Positions 1 to 8,925 of a DNA stretch of 64,000 nt are shown here, in pieces. This stretch comes from a virus (Duplodnaviria > Heunggongvirae > Uroviricota > Caudoviricetes): IMG/VR virus record IMGVR_UViG_2778261505_000002, one strand, 5' to 3'. The notes under the pieces are model-generated. The model had not been told where the DNA came from. It did not search any database and was given only the letters and a program-made list of their open reading frames with translations. A program made the translations under genes and the position numbers. The first letter of the stretch is position 1; each line of letters starts with the position of its first letter.

Positions 1-1446
1 TCTTTCAGCGAAATGTTGCAGGCATGGACCCGCAGCGGTGCGTTGCAGGAGCAGGTGGCAAACAAAATGCAGGAGTGGTTTGAATCTGGCCTGCAACAGT
101 GGGATATCTCCCGTGACGCACCTTACTTCGGTTTTGAAATCCCGAACGCACCGGGCAAATACTTCTACGTCTGGCTGGACGCGCCGATTGGCTACATGGG
201 TTCTTTCAAGAATCTGTGCGACAAACGCGGCGACACTACCAGCTTCGACGAATACTGGAAGAAAGACTCCACCGCCGAGCTGTACCACTTCATCGGCAAA
301 GATATCGTTTACTTCCACAGCCTGTTCTGGCCTGCCATGCTGGAAGGCAGCAACTTCCGCAAGCCGACCAACCTGTTTGTTCACGGCTATGTGACGGTGA
401 ACGGCGCGAAGATGTCCAAGTCTCGCGGCACCTTTATTAAAGCCAGCACCTGGCTGAATCATTTTGACGCCGACAGCCTGCGTTACTACTACACTGCGAA
501 ACTCTCTTCGCGCATTGATGATATCGATCTCAACCTGGAAGATTTCGTTCAGCGTGTGAATGCCGATATCGTTAACAAAGTGGTTAACCTGGCCTCCCGT
601 AATGCAGGCTTTATCAACAAGCGTTTTGACGGCGTGCTGGCAAGCGAACTGGCTGACCCGCAACTGTACAAAACCTTTACTGATGCCGCTGAAGTGATTG
701 GCGAAGCATGGGAAAGCCGCGAATTTGGCAAAGCTATCCGTGAAATCATGGCACTGGCTGACCTGGCTAACCGCTATGTTGATGAACAGGCTCCGTGGGT
801 GGTGGCGAAGCAGGAAGGACGCGATGCCGATCTGCAGGCGATTTGCTCTATGGGCATTAACCTGTTCCGCGTGCTGATGACGTACCTGAAACCGGTACTG
901 CCGAAACTGACTGAACGTGCAGAAGCATTCCTGAATACAGAACTGACCTGGGATGGTATCCAGCAACCGCTGCTGGGCCATAAAGTGAATCCGTTCAAGG
1001 CACTGTATAACCGTATCGATATGAAACAGGTGGAAGCACTGGTGGAAGCATCCAAAGAAGAAGTGAAAGCCACAGCTGCACCGGTAACTGGCCCACTGGC
1101 TGACGACCCGATTCAGGAAACCATCACCTTTGACGACTTCGCCAAAGTTGACCTGCGTGTGGCGCTGATTGAAAACGCGGAGTTTGTCGAAGGTTCTGAC
1201 AAACTGCTGCGCCTGACGCTGGATCTCGGTGGTGAAAAGCGTAATGTCTTCTCAGGCATCCGTTCCGCTTATCCAGATCCACAGGCACTGATTGGTCGTC
1301 ACACCATTATGGTGGCTAACCTGGCTCCGCGTAAAATGCGCTTCGGTATCTCTGAAGGCATGGTGATGGCTGCTGGCCCCGGCGGGAAAGATATCTTCCT
1401 GTTAAGCCCGGATGCCGGTGCTAAACCTGGCCACCAGGTTAAGTAA
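1..1446 (+). CDS. metG: methionyl-tRNA synthetase, C-terminal 481 codons (5' end outside window)
   Basis: Frame open from base 1; translation matches recalled E. coli MetG almost residue for residue through the C-terminal tRNA-binding domain; stop TAA 1444-1446. Confidence 0.95.
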   Translation, partial: SFSEMLQAWTRSGALQEQVANKMQEWFESGLQQWDISRDAPYFGFEIPNAPGKYFYVWLDAPIGYMGSFKNLCDKRGDTTSFDEYWKKDSTAELYHFIGKDIVYFHSLFWPAMLEGSNFRKPTNLFVHGYVTVNGAKMSKSRGTFIKASTWLNHFDADSLRYYYTAKLSSRIDDIDLNLEDFVQRVNADIVNKVVNLASRNAGFINKRFDGVLASELADPQLYKTFTDAAEVIGEAWESREFGKAIREIMALADLANRYVDEQAPWVVAKQEGRDADLQAICSMGINLFRVLMTYLKPVLPKLTERAEAFLNTELTWDGIQQPLLGHKVNPFKALYNRIDMKQVEALVEASKEEVKATAAPVTGPLADDPIQETITFDDFAKVDLRVALIENAEFVEGSDKLLRLTLDLGGEKRNVFSGIRSAYPDPQALIGRHTIMVANLAPRKMRFGISEGMVMAAGPGGKDIFLLSPDAGAKPGHQVK

Positions 1447-1465
1447 TTAAACAACCTCTCTTCGC

Positions 1466-1495
1466 AATGCCCGGCAACACACCGGGCATTTTCAT
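1466..1495 (+). terminator. rho-independent terminator of metG
   Basis: GCCCGG-loop-CCGGGC hairpin followed by ATTTTC. Confidence 0.7.
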
Positions 1496-1529
1496 ATAGA
1501 CACAATCCCTCCTGATTTACACAAACCCT

Positions 1530-1544
1530 AAAACAATTTGTTTT
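1530..1544. promoter_or_regulatory. dyad AAAACAATTTGTTTT (operator-like, early family)
   Basis: Perfect inverted repeat; one of at least 12 dispersed copies. Confidence 0.5.
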
Positions 1545-1580
1545 CTACCTTTTGTTGATTGAGATAATAAGCCACATAAG

Positions 1581-1595
1581 AAAACAACTTGTTTT
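1581..1595. promoter_or_regulatory. dyad AAAACAACTTGTTTT (operator-like, early family)
   Basis: Inverted repeat 13 bp upstream of ATG at 1608. Confidence 0.5.
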
Positions 1596-1607
1596 GGAGT
1601 AGTTGAA

Positions 1608-1907
1608 ATGTTGAACATTACCCAAGCCTACCAGGTGGCATTGATCAGTTCATCTCATACATCAGAGGAAGATGCTCGCCGATTCATGATCGCAAGCAAT
1701 GAGCTGGATTGGGTTTCACAAATTGATGGCGGTTGTATTGTTCACGCCGGGTTACAGGATGATGTCTGGAAAGACGACTTGCGTCGATATGGTATATCCG
1801 AAGGCGCGATTGCTAACATTCAGAAAGTACTTGATGTAGGCTTTGACTCTGTACATTTTGATTGTGGAGCACCAGTCGTTGAAGGGCTTGAGTGCTGGAA
1901 CTGGTAA
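1608..1907 (+). CDS. hypothetical protein (99 aa)
   Basis: ORF preceded by dyad operator and GGAG-like RBS; no recognisable motif. Confidence 0.5.
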   Translation: MLNITQAYQVALISSSHTSEEDARRFMIASNELDWVSQIDGGCIVHAGLQDDVWKDDLRRYGISEGAIANIQKVLDVGFDSVHFDCGAPVVEGLECWNW

Positions 1908-1952
1908 CAGATATTAAAGCATTGGTAGTTTGTTTTTAGGATTATCAAAGAA

Positions 1953-2687
1953 ATGAAAAAGTTGAAAAGTTTAGAAATCCCTGGGACTGGTTATAAATTC
2001 TTTATGGACAACGCGGAGTGTGCGCCTAACGCGTTGGAAAAAATACAAAGTCTTATCAACAGCCTTACTGAAGAAGCGAAAGAACTGAAGAGCGAGGCGA
2101 CAAAGGACAATACAGCTAAAATCCAATGCTTAAATCTCGTTTCTTATTGTTTATATCAAGTGTCCAAAACACTGATTAAAGGCAATATCTATTACGACGA
2201 TGAAGACACCTCGACACCTGAAGAAAAAGATAGCGATGAAGAACTCTATGAAGATATCTCTACCAGTGCGGGTCACGCTGCCTTCGATGCTATGGGTGAA
2301 TCGTCAGGCATCAGATCGTTTGTTGAACAGAACAATTCGACAATAATGATTGAGTACTGTGAACAAACAAGCTCCAAGGCCATACATGTTCTTCACGATG
2401 TTGCTGCAGGGGTTCGCTGTGAGGCTGAAGCGGTCAGAAAAGATGTATTTGGTGCAGACAGTAATACCGTGAAAGCGTTCATCAACAGTGCTCTGCTAAA
2501 TTCTTACTCAAACCTTATCGTCAATGCGGCACTATGCGCAAATTCAGGTGAAGAACACATTGTCATAACTGAAACCAAACATGAGCATCAACAGTCACCA
2601 ACCATAGAAGAGGTAACTGCATTGGCTATCAAACAGGCGAGTGAAATTAGTGATGAAATTCTCTCTCTGCTAAACAAAACTATGTAA
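1953..2687 (+). CDS. hypothetical acidic protein (244 aa)
   Basis: ORF with D/E-rich stretches; no recognisable motif. Confidence 0.5.
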   Translation: MKKLKSLEIPGTGYKFFMDNAECAPNALEKIQSLINSLTEEAKELKSEATKDNTAKIQCLNLVSYCLYQVSKTLIKGNIYYDDEDTSTPEEKDSDEELYEDISTSAGHAAFDAMGESSGIRSFVEQNNSTIMIEYCEQTSSKAIHVLHDVAAGVRCEAEAVRKDVFGADSNTVKAFINSALLNSYSNLIVNAALCANSGEEHIVITETKHEHQQSPTIEEVTALAIKQASEISDEILSLLNKTM

Positions 2688-2811
2688 AACATTGATAATG
2701 GCGGTCACAATTTGATTCTTTTCTATAAGAATCCGTTGATCGCCACTACTCCCCTTCCATACCTGCAATCATACCCTTAAATATCAATAGGTTATGGTTG
2801 TTTATACAAAT

Positions 2812-3640
2812 AAGAAAACAACTAAATAACAGATCAACGAAACGTCAACGCTTTCACCCGATTTGGTCTAAAAAATTGACGTTTTCACACATCACTTCTT
2901 ATACCCGTAACTCTACGCAGCAGACAGCGCCACAGCGTCCAATTTTCACCACAGACGACCCAACACACTACCAACAAAAACATACGCTCAAAATCGCTCC
3001 CGTTGCGTTACACAACCATATAAACAACTTATTTTCAGTCATAACAAAACAACTAAATAACACACATGCCATTCCCAAAAACAACCAACCTCTTTATGGC
3101 AGGCTACCGAAAAGACCCACCTCTTCTCCCCAGGCTACCGGACAACCAACCTAACTTTCACAGGCAATCCGAAAACATTCATACGCGCGATACCCACGAC
3201 ACGCCATTCCCCAAACAGCGAAGAAACACCAGAATCACTGAAACCCCAACGAAGCCTGTAACCGCAAGGATTCTCTCAATCCCAAAAGACACGAAACAGA
3301 ACAATCACGGGAAACGCCATTACCCAATACACGAACAACTACAAAAGCCTTTCACACACTCCAGACAAACAACTCAAACACAATAACGAAAGCAATCGCC
3401 CACCTGCCATTACTCCATACACGGAGAAGAACAATCACCAAAACGACGAGAACACCCCATAGAAGAACCACCGCAAAACGAACGAAACCACATACACCGA
3501 CAGAGAAAACAACACACCCAATTCACCAACAGAAATAGTCGCCGTATAGAACATTCTGGAAGGAGTGAGCATTAACGCCTATAGAGAGGTTGAGACAGAT
3601 AAAACACAACATGTATAGCGAAGAAGCCAGGTATGTATAA
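2812..3640 (+). ncRNA. candidate non-coding transcript: C+A-rich, G-poor tract
   Basis: About 830 bp with strong strand skew (A and C dominate, few G), no credible ORF on either strand, dyad-like half-site at 5' end and hairpin terminator at 3' end. Confidence 0.3.
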
Positions 3641-3649
3641 GTGGGGAGG

Positions 3650-3676
3650 GAAGGAGGGGTGTCGCCTCCTTTTTCG
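3650..3676 (+). terminator. rho-independent terminator
   Basis: AGGAGG-GGTGTCG-CCTCCT hairpin followed by TTTTT. Confidence 0.65.
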
Positions 3677-3737
3677 TATTTATTCAACTCCTGATTTTAT
3701 CCCCCCGTAACACCCCTACGGTCAGCCTTCGGTCCAT

Positions 3738-3875
3738 ACAGGGAAAAGGCTGCATCCCGCTACAGAAACGGCTGGGTTGCCTTCGGGGAACGGCTGGAGG
3801 TTTTCAGGGAAACGGTCGAGTTGCCTGTGTGGATTTCGGGAAAAGGCTCGATGCCGGGTCAGGAACGGTGGCGTA
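3738..3875. repeat. iteron array, six direct repeats of core GGGAAACGGCTG at about 22 bp spacing
   Basis: Copies at 3741, 3764, 3785, 3808, 3838, 3861 with minor variation. Confidence 0.6.
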
Positions 3876-4203
3876 CCGGTATAGCGAGAGGGAGAGTTGC
3901 GGCTACCCACCTGTAATGTGCGGGAAGAAGAGAGGCGCTCACGTAGGCGGACTTGCTTACCGCTGGATTCCCTCTGAATGCCCAGCTACAGCGTAATTGT
4001 GCCAGACAGCCAACGGGTCACAATCGATTTCAGTAGGTTTTTGGGGAGAGGATTACTCTGCCACCAGCCACTTTCGGCCACTAAATCAGAATAATGTAAA
4101 AAGTGTACTCGGTACTGAACCTGAAAACTCACTGCCAAAACCACATTCACCGGAATAAAATCCTTTTTCGCCTGTGCGTTATTGCGATAATAACACCATC
4201 AAG

Positions 4204-4217
4204 AAAACATGTTGTTT
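4204..4217. promoter_or_regulatory. dyad-like AAAACATGTTGTTT (early family, imperfect)
   Basis: Family member upstream of ATG 4230. Confidence 0.4.
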
Positions 4218-4229
4218 AAGGATTGCTTT

Positions 4230-4559
4230 ATGTTTACAAATATCGACATCAACCAAATCAAGAAATTAACTCAAAAAGAGTTTGATCAGTTTTATGAGTT
4301 AGAAGGTTGGTCTTCCACTCTGATCAATTCAAGATGGGTGCTGGAGCTGATGACTCGTGATGACGCACCTGCTTTGATGATTTGCGACATGGGTGAAGAT
4401 GCTGACTTTATGGATATGAGCGAATTTTGTGTGGACACATACAACCGCAGCCAGAAGTACTACTTCACATGCGATAGCGAGAATGACGTTATTTCTAAGG
4501 TCTATCTTCACCTCGTCCAGCATTGGGACGTTCAGGAGTTTCTTGAAGTATTCGAGTAA
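4230..4559 (+). CDS. hypothetical small acidic protein (109 aa)
   Basis: ATG 4230 with AAGGA RBS 8 nt upstream; the track start 4209 lies inside the operator; D/E-rich. Confidence 0.5.
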   Translation: MFTNIDINQIKKLTQKEFDQFYELEGWSSTLINSRWVLELMTRDDAPALMICDMGEDADFMDMSEFCVDTYNRSQKYYFTCDSENDVISKVYLHLVQHWDVQEFLEVFE

Positions 4560-4686
4560 CCCCAACCAAAGCCAGCATTGCTGGCTTAATTTCTCTATAG
4601 CCGCAGGGAAGAACCTGCATATCGCTCATGCACCTGATCAATATGCTTTGTAGCCGTTTTCTTACTGGTATTATTTACGCCATTGA

Positions 4687-4701
4687 GAAAACAAGTTGTT
4701 T
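4687..4701. promoter_or_regulatory. dyad GAAAACAAGTTGTTT (early family)
   Basis: Inverted repeat upstream of ATG 4713. Confidence 0.45.
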
Positions 4702-4712
4702 ACGGAGTTGTA

Positions 4713-5024
4713 ATGAAAAAATCATTGGTTCTTGGTCTGGACAAAGACCAGAAGAGAAAAGAGAAGCCTGCGCTGGTTGCTCAATTAACTTTGCTGGACA
4801 TCGTTGCCAATGGAACCTCTATTCGTCTGTTCCGTGAAACAGCGGTGTCTTTCGATAAAAACACCTTTACTCGTTATGTAATGAATGTTCGTCGCCAGCG
4901 TGGAAAAGGCTGGGTGGCATTTCAAAGAATGTGGCCGGAACATCAGCTCGAACTGGCTTTGATGGAAGTTAACCGCGTGGCCCAGCAAGAAATTCAGAGA
5001 GCATCAGTGATGGCAATAGCCTGA
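4713..5024 (+). CDS. hypothetical protein (103 aa)
   Basis: ATG 4713 preceded by GGAG; track ORF 4683 trimmed to first RBS-supported start. Confidence 0.5.
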   Translation: MKKSLVLGLDKDQKRKEKPALVAQLTLLDIVANGTSIRLFRETAVSFDKNTFTRYVMNVRRQRGKGWVAFQRMWPEHQLELALMEVNRVAQQEIQRASVMAIA

Positions 5025-5059
5025 TAATGTGCAAGTGGCAATTAGTCGACAGTACGACA

Positions 5060-5087
5060 GCCCCGCCATCCTTACGGGGCTTTTTTG
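5060..5087 (+). terminator. rho-independent terminator
   Basis: GCCCCG-loop-CGGGGC followed by TTTTTT. Confidence 0.75.
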
Positions 5088-5150
5088 TATTGTAAGTACA
5101 TACTTACGATCATAGAATATAAAAATAACCAAAACACTACGGAGAGTGAA

Positions 5151-5546
5151 ATGACCGTTAAACGCGAAAAACTGACAGTTGATGTTTACTATGCCTCTGA
5201 AACCGCCGAAGGTAAGAATGTGGCAAAAATCACCGTTGTTACGTACAACACCGAAACTGGTGCCGAAGTCCAGGCCAGTACGATCGTGCGTAAAGGTGAT
5301 GCCTCCGGCGGCGAGTACGCGACTCAATACCAGTCCATTCTCGATGCAACTGACCCGCTGCTGCTGAAAATCGAGAACTACTTCCGCCAGGTTGATGAAG
5401 AGGTGTTTGAAACCATGATGAATATGGTTAACACCGTATTCGCCTCCAGCCTGAATACCAACACTACCTGGATTGGTCAGTACGGCCTGCGCATTACCTC
5501 TGGCATTCCTGCCGACACCTTAATCCCTGAAAGCGTATTCGCTTAA
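5151..5546 (+). CDS. hypothetical protein (131 aa)
   Basis: ATG 5151 with GGAGAG RBS; track ORF 5085 trimmed. Confidence 0.55.
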   Translation: MTVKREKLTVDVYYASETAEGKNVAKITVVTYNTETGAEVQASTIVRKGDASGGEYATQYQSILDATDPLLLKIENYFRQVDEEVFETMMNMVNTVFASSLNTNTTWIGQYGLRITSGIPADTLIPESVFA

Positions 5547-5554
5547 TCCTCTTT

Positions 5555-5583
5555 AAATGGCGCGTAAACCGCGCCATTTTATT
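5555..5583 (+). terminator. rho-independent terminator
   Basis: ATGGCGCG-TAAACC-GCGCCAT hairpin followed by TTTATT. Confidence 0.7.
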
Positions 5584-5590
5584 AAGCCCG

Positions 5591-5605
5591 ATAACAATTT
5601 GTTTT
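5591..5605. promoter_or_regulatory. dyad ATAACAATTTGTTTT (early family)
   Basis: Inverted repeat upstream of the 5622/5664 gene. Confidence 0.45.
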
Positions 5606-5663
5606 CTGCCTTATCTGATTTGTGAAAATGATTTCACTGAAGCAAGTTAATAAGGAAACCATC

Positions 5664-6038
5664 ATGGGACTTGATATCTATATCGAGACACAGCCTAAAA
5701 ACGATCTGAATAACGAGGCATCCAGAAAGCAGGTTGCTTACTTCCGTAAGTTCAATGCGCTCGTTGGGTGGATGGAGCGCAACGTAGGTGAAGTCGAAAA
5801 TTGTGAGCTTTTAGAATTAACGATGAATGACATTTGTTTTCTGAAGGCTCATTTGATGCACATAAACGAAAGTAATTGCGAAGAGTACTTGCCTACCCGG
5901 GAAGGTTTTTTCTTCGGCAGTCAGGAGTACGATGAAGGTTACTGGCATGATGTGGGGCAGTTGAAAGAGCTTGTGGAAGACCTGATTAAGAACCACGACT
6001 TTCACAATAACAGACTGACCTTCTGCGCCTGGTGGTAA
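5664..6038 (+). CDS. hypothetical protein (124 aa; alternative start 5622)
   Basis: ATG 5664 has AAGGA RBS; upstream in-frame ATG 5622 cannot be excluded. Confidence 0.5.
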   Translation: MGLDIYIETQPKNDLNNEASRKQVAYFRKFNALVGWMERNVGEVENCELLELTMNDICFLKAHLMHINESNCEEYLPTREGFFFGSQEYDEGYWHDVGQLKELVEDLIKNHDFHNNRLTFCAWW

Positions 6039-6040
6039 AT

Positions 6041-6184
6041 ATGGGCGATTTCAAGAAACGCCTGAAGGAAAGAGCCGAGATGGTCAGAAAGCAAAACGCC
6101 TCTTCTGTCATCAGATACGCAAGGCAGTTTAGTCGCAACAACAAATCAGTTGAGGAAAAGATCCTTAGCGTAATCGGTCGATAA
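6041..6184 (+). CDS. small ORF (47 aa), basic
   Basis: ATG 3 nt after preceding stop, below the track length threshold; followed by a hairpin at 6189-6214. Confidence 0.3.
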   Translation: MGDFKKRLKERAEMVRKQNASSVIRYARQFSRNNKSVEEKILSVIGR

Positions 6185-6353
6185 TTATTAAGGCCATCAG
6201 CATTGGTGGCCTTAAATGACCATCCTGTTTCCCGCAGGCTAAAAACACCAACCTCTTACCTCCAGGCAACCGATAAACCCACCTGTTCCCGTCCGGCTAC
6301 CGCAACTTTCCACTTTGACGCCTTATTCGTACAACGATAATTAACACCAACAA

Positions 6354-6369
6354 GAAAACAATTTGTTAT
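6354..6369. promoter_or_regulatory. dyad GAAAACAATTTGTTAT (early family)
   Basis: Upstream of ATG 6389. Confidence 0.45.
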
Positions 6370-6388
6370 TTACGATAAGGAATTAATC

Positions 6389-6871
6389 ATGAATTTTATC
6401 GCCACTGTAAACGCACCCGCACATGGCAATATCGCTGTAACGTTCTCTGACATTGAAAAACGAGTACTTGGTGCATGGCGCGACAATGAGACGGTAGAAC
6501 TGTCAGCACAAGAAAAATGCATTATTGCACGCGACATCATTGGCAATCGTCGTTACTCGCGGGTATTTGAGAAAGCGTATGTGGTAAATTCTGGATTCGG
6601 AACGTTCGTCTTTCCGGTGCGCTCCGGGCGATTCTGCCAGTCCAAGCTGATTGAGTTCGCTACGCAGATTTCTGTCTGGATTAAAACTCAATCGTCGTTC
6701 AAATTTTCCGACGATGAAGCAGTATCGCAGGGGATGCGGATCGCCAACAATGCAATTAAATGCAAAAACATTACGTATACCGCTGGCGTTGATACATGGA
6801 AACTGTTTTGCGCTAACTTTATGCTGAATGTATACGCAAGCAACCGCATCCACATCCTTGATGGCGTGTAA
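6389..6871 (+). CDS. hypothetical protein (160 aa)
   Basis: ORF preceded by operator dyad and AAGGA RBS. Confidence 0.55.
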   Translation: MNFIATVNAPAHGNIAVTFSDIEKRVLGAWRDNETVELSAQEKCIIARDIIGNRRYSRVFEKAYVVNSGFGTFVFPVRSGRFCQSKLIEFATQISVWIKTQSSFKFSDDEAVSQGMRIANNAIKCKNITYTAGVDTWKLFCANFMLNVYASNRIHILDGV

Positions 6872-6880
6872 CTGAGAAGA

Positions 6881-6903
6881 GGGCCAGAAACGGCCCTTTC
6901 TCT
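6881..6903 (+). terminator. rho-independent terminator
   Basis: GGGCC-AGAAAC-GGCCC followed by TTTCTCT; loop itself resembles the iteron core. Confidence 0.6.
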
Positions 6904-6917
6904 ATAGCCACCAGCTG

Positions 6918-7000
6918 CCGCAGGGAAATTTTCAGAAACGGCGAGGAACGTATTCATGAGCCGACGGGGAACGGCCAGGATTTTTTCGGGAAACGGCTGC
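6918..7000. repeat. second iteron array, about four GGGAAACGGC-type repeats
   Basis: Copies at 6921, 6934, 6966, 6988 related to the 3738-3875 array. Confidence 0.5.
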
Positions 7001-7290
7001 ATTCGCCTTTGTGTAGAAAAAACATCGGGAAGCTGGTGGAATCCAACCAGCGGTTGTCGGACAGGTGAGCGGGGAAAATTATGATGACTTTCGTCACCTG
7101 AGACATCCAGATTTCTTTCGTAGCATAATCACATACGTGATTAAGTGGTGTGATTAAGTGAAAAATCACGCGCACATAATACGCGAGCGGATACAGAACA
7201 AAACAAAATGCCGATCCGCACCGACAAATAAACGCGGATCACATAGCAAGACTAAAAGCCAATGATTAACCATACTCTATAGCGCAATAT

Positions 7291-7482
7291 AACGCGTTTT
7301 AAGCGCGTTAATGTGTTAAGTAATGGGCATGTACTGGTAAGGATATAAAAGCGCGTCTATGGCGTTATTTTGGCGCTTATTTTTATGTTGTTGGAGTGAG
7401 TTAAAGACAATAAAAAACGCGCCATCAATGGCGCGTTATTGTGGAAGTATTGGAAACGAAAAAAGCGCCCATAGTGGGCGCT
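7291..7482. repeat. cluster of GC-rich palindromes in an AT-rich non-coding region
   Basis: AACGCG..CGCGTT at 7291, AACGCGCCAT-CA-ATGGCGCGTT at 7416-7437, AGCGCCCA-TAG-TGGGCGCT at 7464-7482; the last two are flanked by A and T runs (bidirectional terminator-like). Confidence 0.5.
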
Positions 7483-7487
7483 CGATT

Positions 7488-7718
7488 TTATTTGTGTAAA
7501 CTGATTTTAAATCCCATTTCTACGAACGCTTTTAACATTAAAAATATATCAGCGTCGTTCACGTCTGCTTTTTTTCGCTCCTGGTCGCTCAATAAGTCAA
7601 TTTTGCGCGTCGTTTCATCTATAAGCTCGACTGCGCGCCCAGCGTAACCAGCGATCCCAGCGATGCGATTAACATAATATTCATTATGGACGTTAACGCC
7701 AGCGATAAGAACAAACAT
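7488..7718 (-). CDS. hypothetical protein (76 aa)
   Basis: Last ORF of the leftward operon, followed by a hairpin terminator. Confidence 0.45.
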   Translation of the reverse strand: MFVLIAGVNVHNEYYVNRIAGIAGYAGRAVELIDETTRKIDLLSDQERKKADVNDADIFLMLKAFVEMGFKISLHK

Positions 7719-7739
7719 GATTAAGCTCCTTAAAAAAAA

Positions 7740-7943
7740 TTAAATAGAATTTTGAAGTTTTCCGATTAATGCGCTTAAGCGTAAGTATTCACGTTTGCGC
7801 TTGCAATCTCGCTTGCTGTTAAGCAAATCAGAAAACGTAAAATTTAATTGGTCGCGTTGCGCGATCAAATCGTCGATTAATTCCAGTTTATAAGCGCGAT
7901 AATTTGCGCGATATTCTGCGCGGATCTTGTCATAGCTGACCAT
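7740..7943 (-). CDS. hypothetical protein (68 aa)
   Basis: ATG with AAGGAG RBS; track ORF 7740-7988 trimmed. Confidence 0.45.
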   Translation of the reverse strand: MVSYDKIRAEYRANYRAYKLELIDDLIAQRDQLNFTFSDLLNSKRDCKRKREYLRLSALIGKLQNSI

Positions 7944-7960
7944 CTTTAAAGCTCCTTTAA

Positions 7961-7979
7961 AGCGCCCATTGTGGGCGCT
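7961..7979. repeat. palindrome AGCGCCCA-TTG-TGGGCGCT (third copy of the family)
   Basis: Same arms as 7464-7482; intergenic within the leftward operon. Confidence 0.5.
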
Positions 7980-7991
7980 TGATTCCATTAA

Positions 7992-8642
7992 TTACGCTTT
8001 AAAAGCATCAGCTAAATAATTGTAGAAATCATTCTTGATAAAGCGATATTGCTGTGTACCAGCTTTGGCGCTCCCAGCTCCTTTGACTTTTTCAACAAGT
8101 CCGAGACGTTCGCAAAGATTGATCAACTGGTTGGCTTGAGTATAGCCAGCGTCCAATTTAATTTCACACGCTTTTTTAGCTTCATTCATTAAATCGAAAA
8201 CAGCGCCATTGGTGAACGTGTCGATCTCGTCGTTAATCATATCGATTAAAGCGAATACACGAGATCCAGACATATCAGCGATGGAATAAATGCATTTACC
8301 AGATTTAATTGATTTAACCAGATAAACCAGTTTTTCCAGAGAATAACTATTAGTCATTGCATCACGAAAAAATACTTCTGGCGCTTGTTTGCTTGCTTTA
8401 ATCGCATAGTAGAAAACAGAGCACAATTTTTCGTCTTCTACAGCGTTTACAACGTTGTTGATGAAGTAAGCTAGTTTAGTGGTCGCAGCTTGCATATTTG
8501 CTTTGTCTGCTTTAGTGTGCGTACCATTTTTATAATGTTCGTTGTATGTTTGAGTTGCCAGATCTGCTTTTTCGCGCAGTTCATCGGATACAATGGAAGC
8601 AGCTTCAACGATGGATTTTTTAGAAATGATAATGTTAGCCAT
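7992..8642 (-). CDS. hypothetical protein (216 aa)
   Basis: ORF with AT-rich promoter region upstream (8643-8880); no motif recognised. Confidence 0.55.
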   Translation of the reverse strand: MANIIISKKSIVEAASIVSDELREKADLATQTYNEHYKNGTHTKADKANMQAATTKLAYFINNVVNAVEDEKLCSVFYYAIKASKQAPEVFFRDAMTNSYSLEKLVYLVKSIKSGKCIYSIADMSGSRVFALIDMINDEIDTFTNGAVFDLMNEAKKACEIKLDAGYTQANQLINLCERLGLVEKVKGAGSAKAGTQQYRFIKNDFYNYLADAFKA

Positions 8643-8883
8643 GATGATTTTTCCTTATGTAAATTTAAAATTTATTGTCGTTAGCGTCTTCGCTTTCGAC
8701 GAGTTCAATTATCGATATACGAAAAAAGATTGCAAGTGTTTTTTTAAAATTTTTTGCAGGGATGAAAGTCCTAGAAATAAAAGCGAGATCGTCGAAGGTG
8801 TTCCCTAAATAAATAATCGATTGCGGCTTTAGACCTTATATATATTTAGGTTATTTGATTTGTAGATATAAAGAAGTGATGTG

Positions 8884-8912
8884 AAAAATAATAACCGGAC
8901 TTAGCCGGTTAT
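8884..8912 (-). terminator. rho-independent terminator (minus strand)
   Basis: ATAACCGG-loop-CCGGTTAT hairpin with T run on the minus strand. Confidence 0.6.
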
Positions 8913-8925
8913 TAACCTTATAGAT

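Noticed and set aside
2798-3386. Track ORFs 2798-3154 and 3066-3386 in the C+A-rich tract
   Set aside because: Low-complexity translations (T/P/Q/N/H/K-rich) that follow from base skew, no RBS, overlapping frames; treated as non-coding.
3722-3910. Minus-strand ORF 3722-3910
   Set aside because: Lies entirely over the iteron array; repetitive translation, no RBS; an artefact of the direct repeats.
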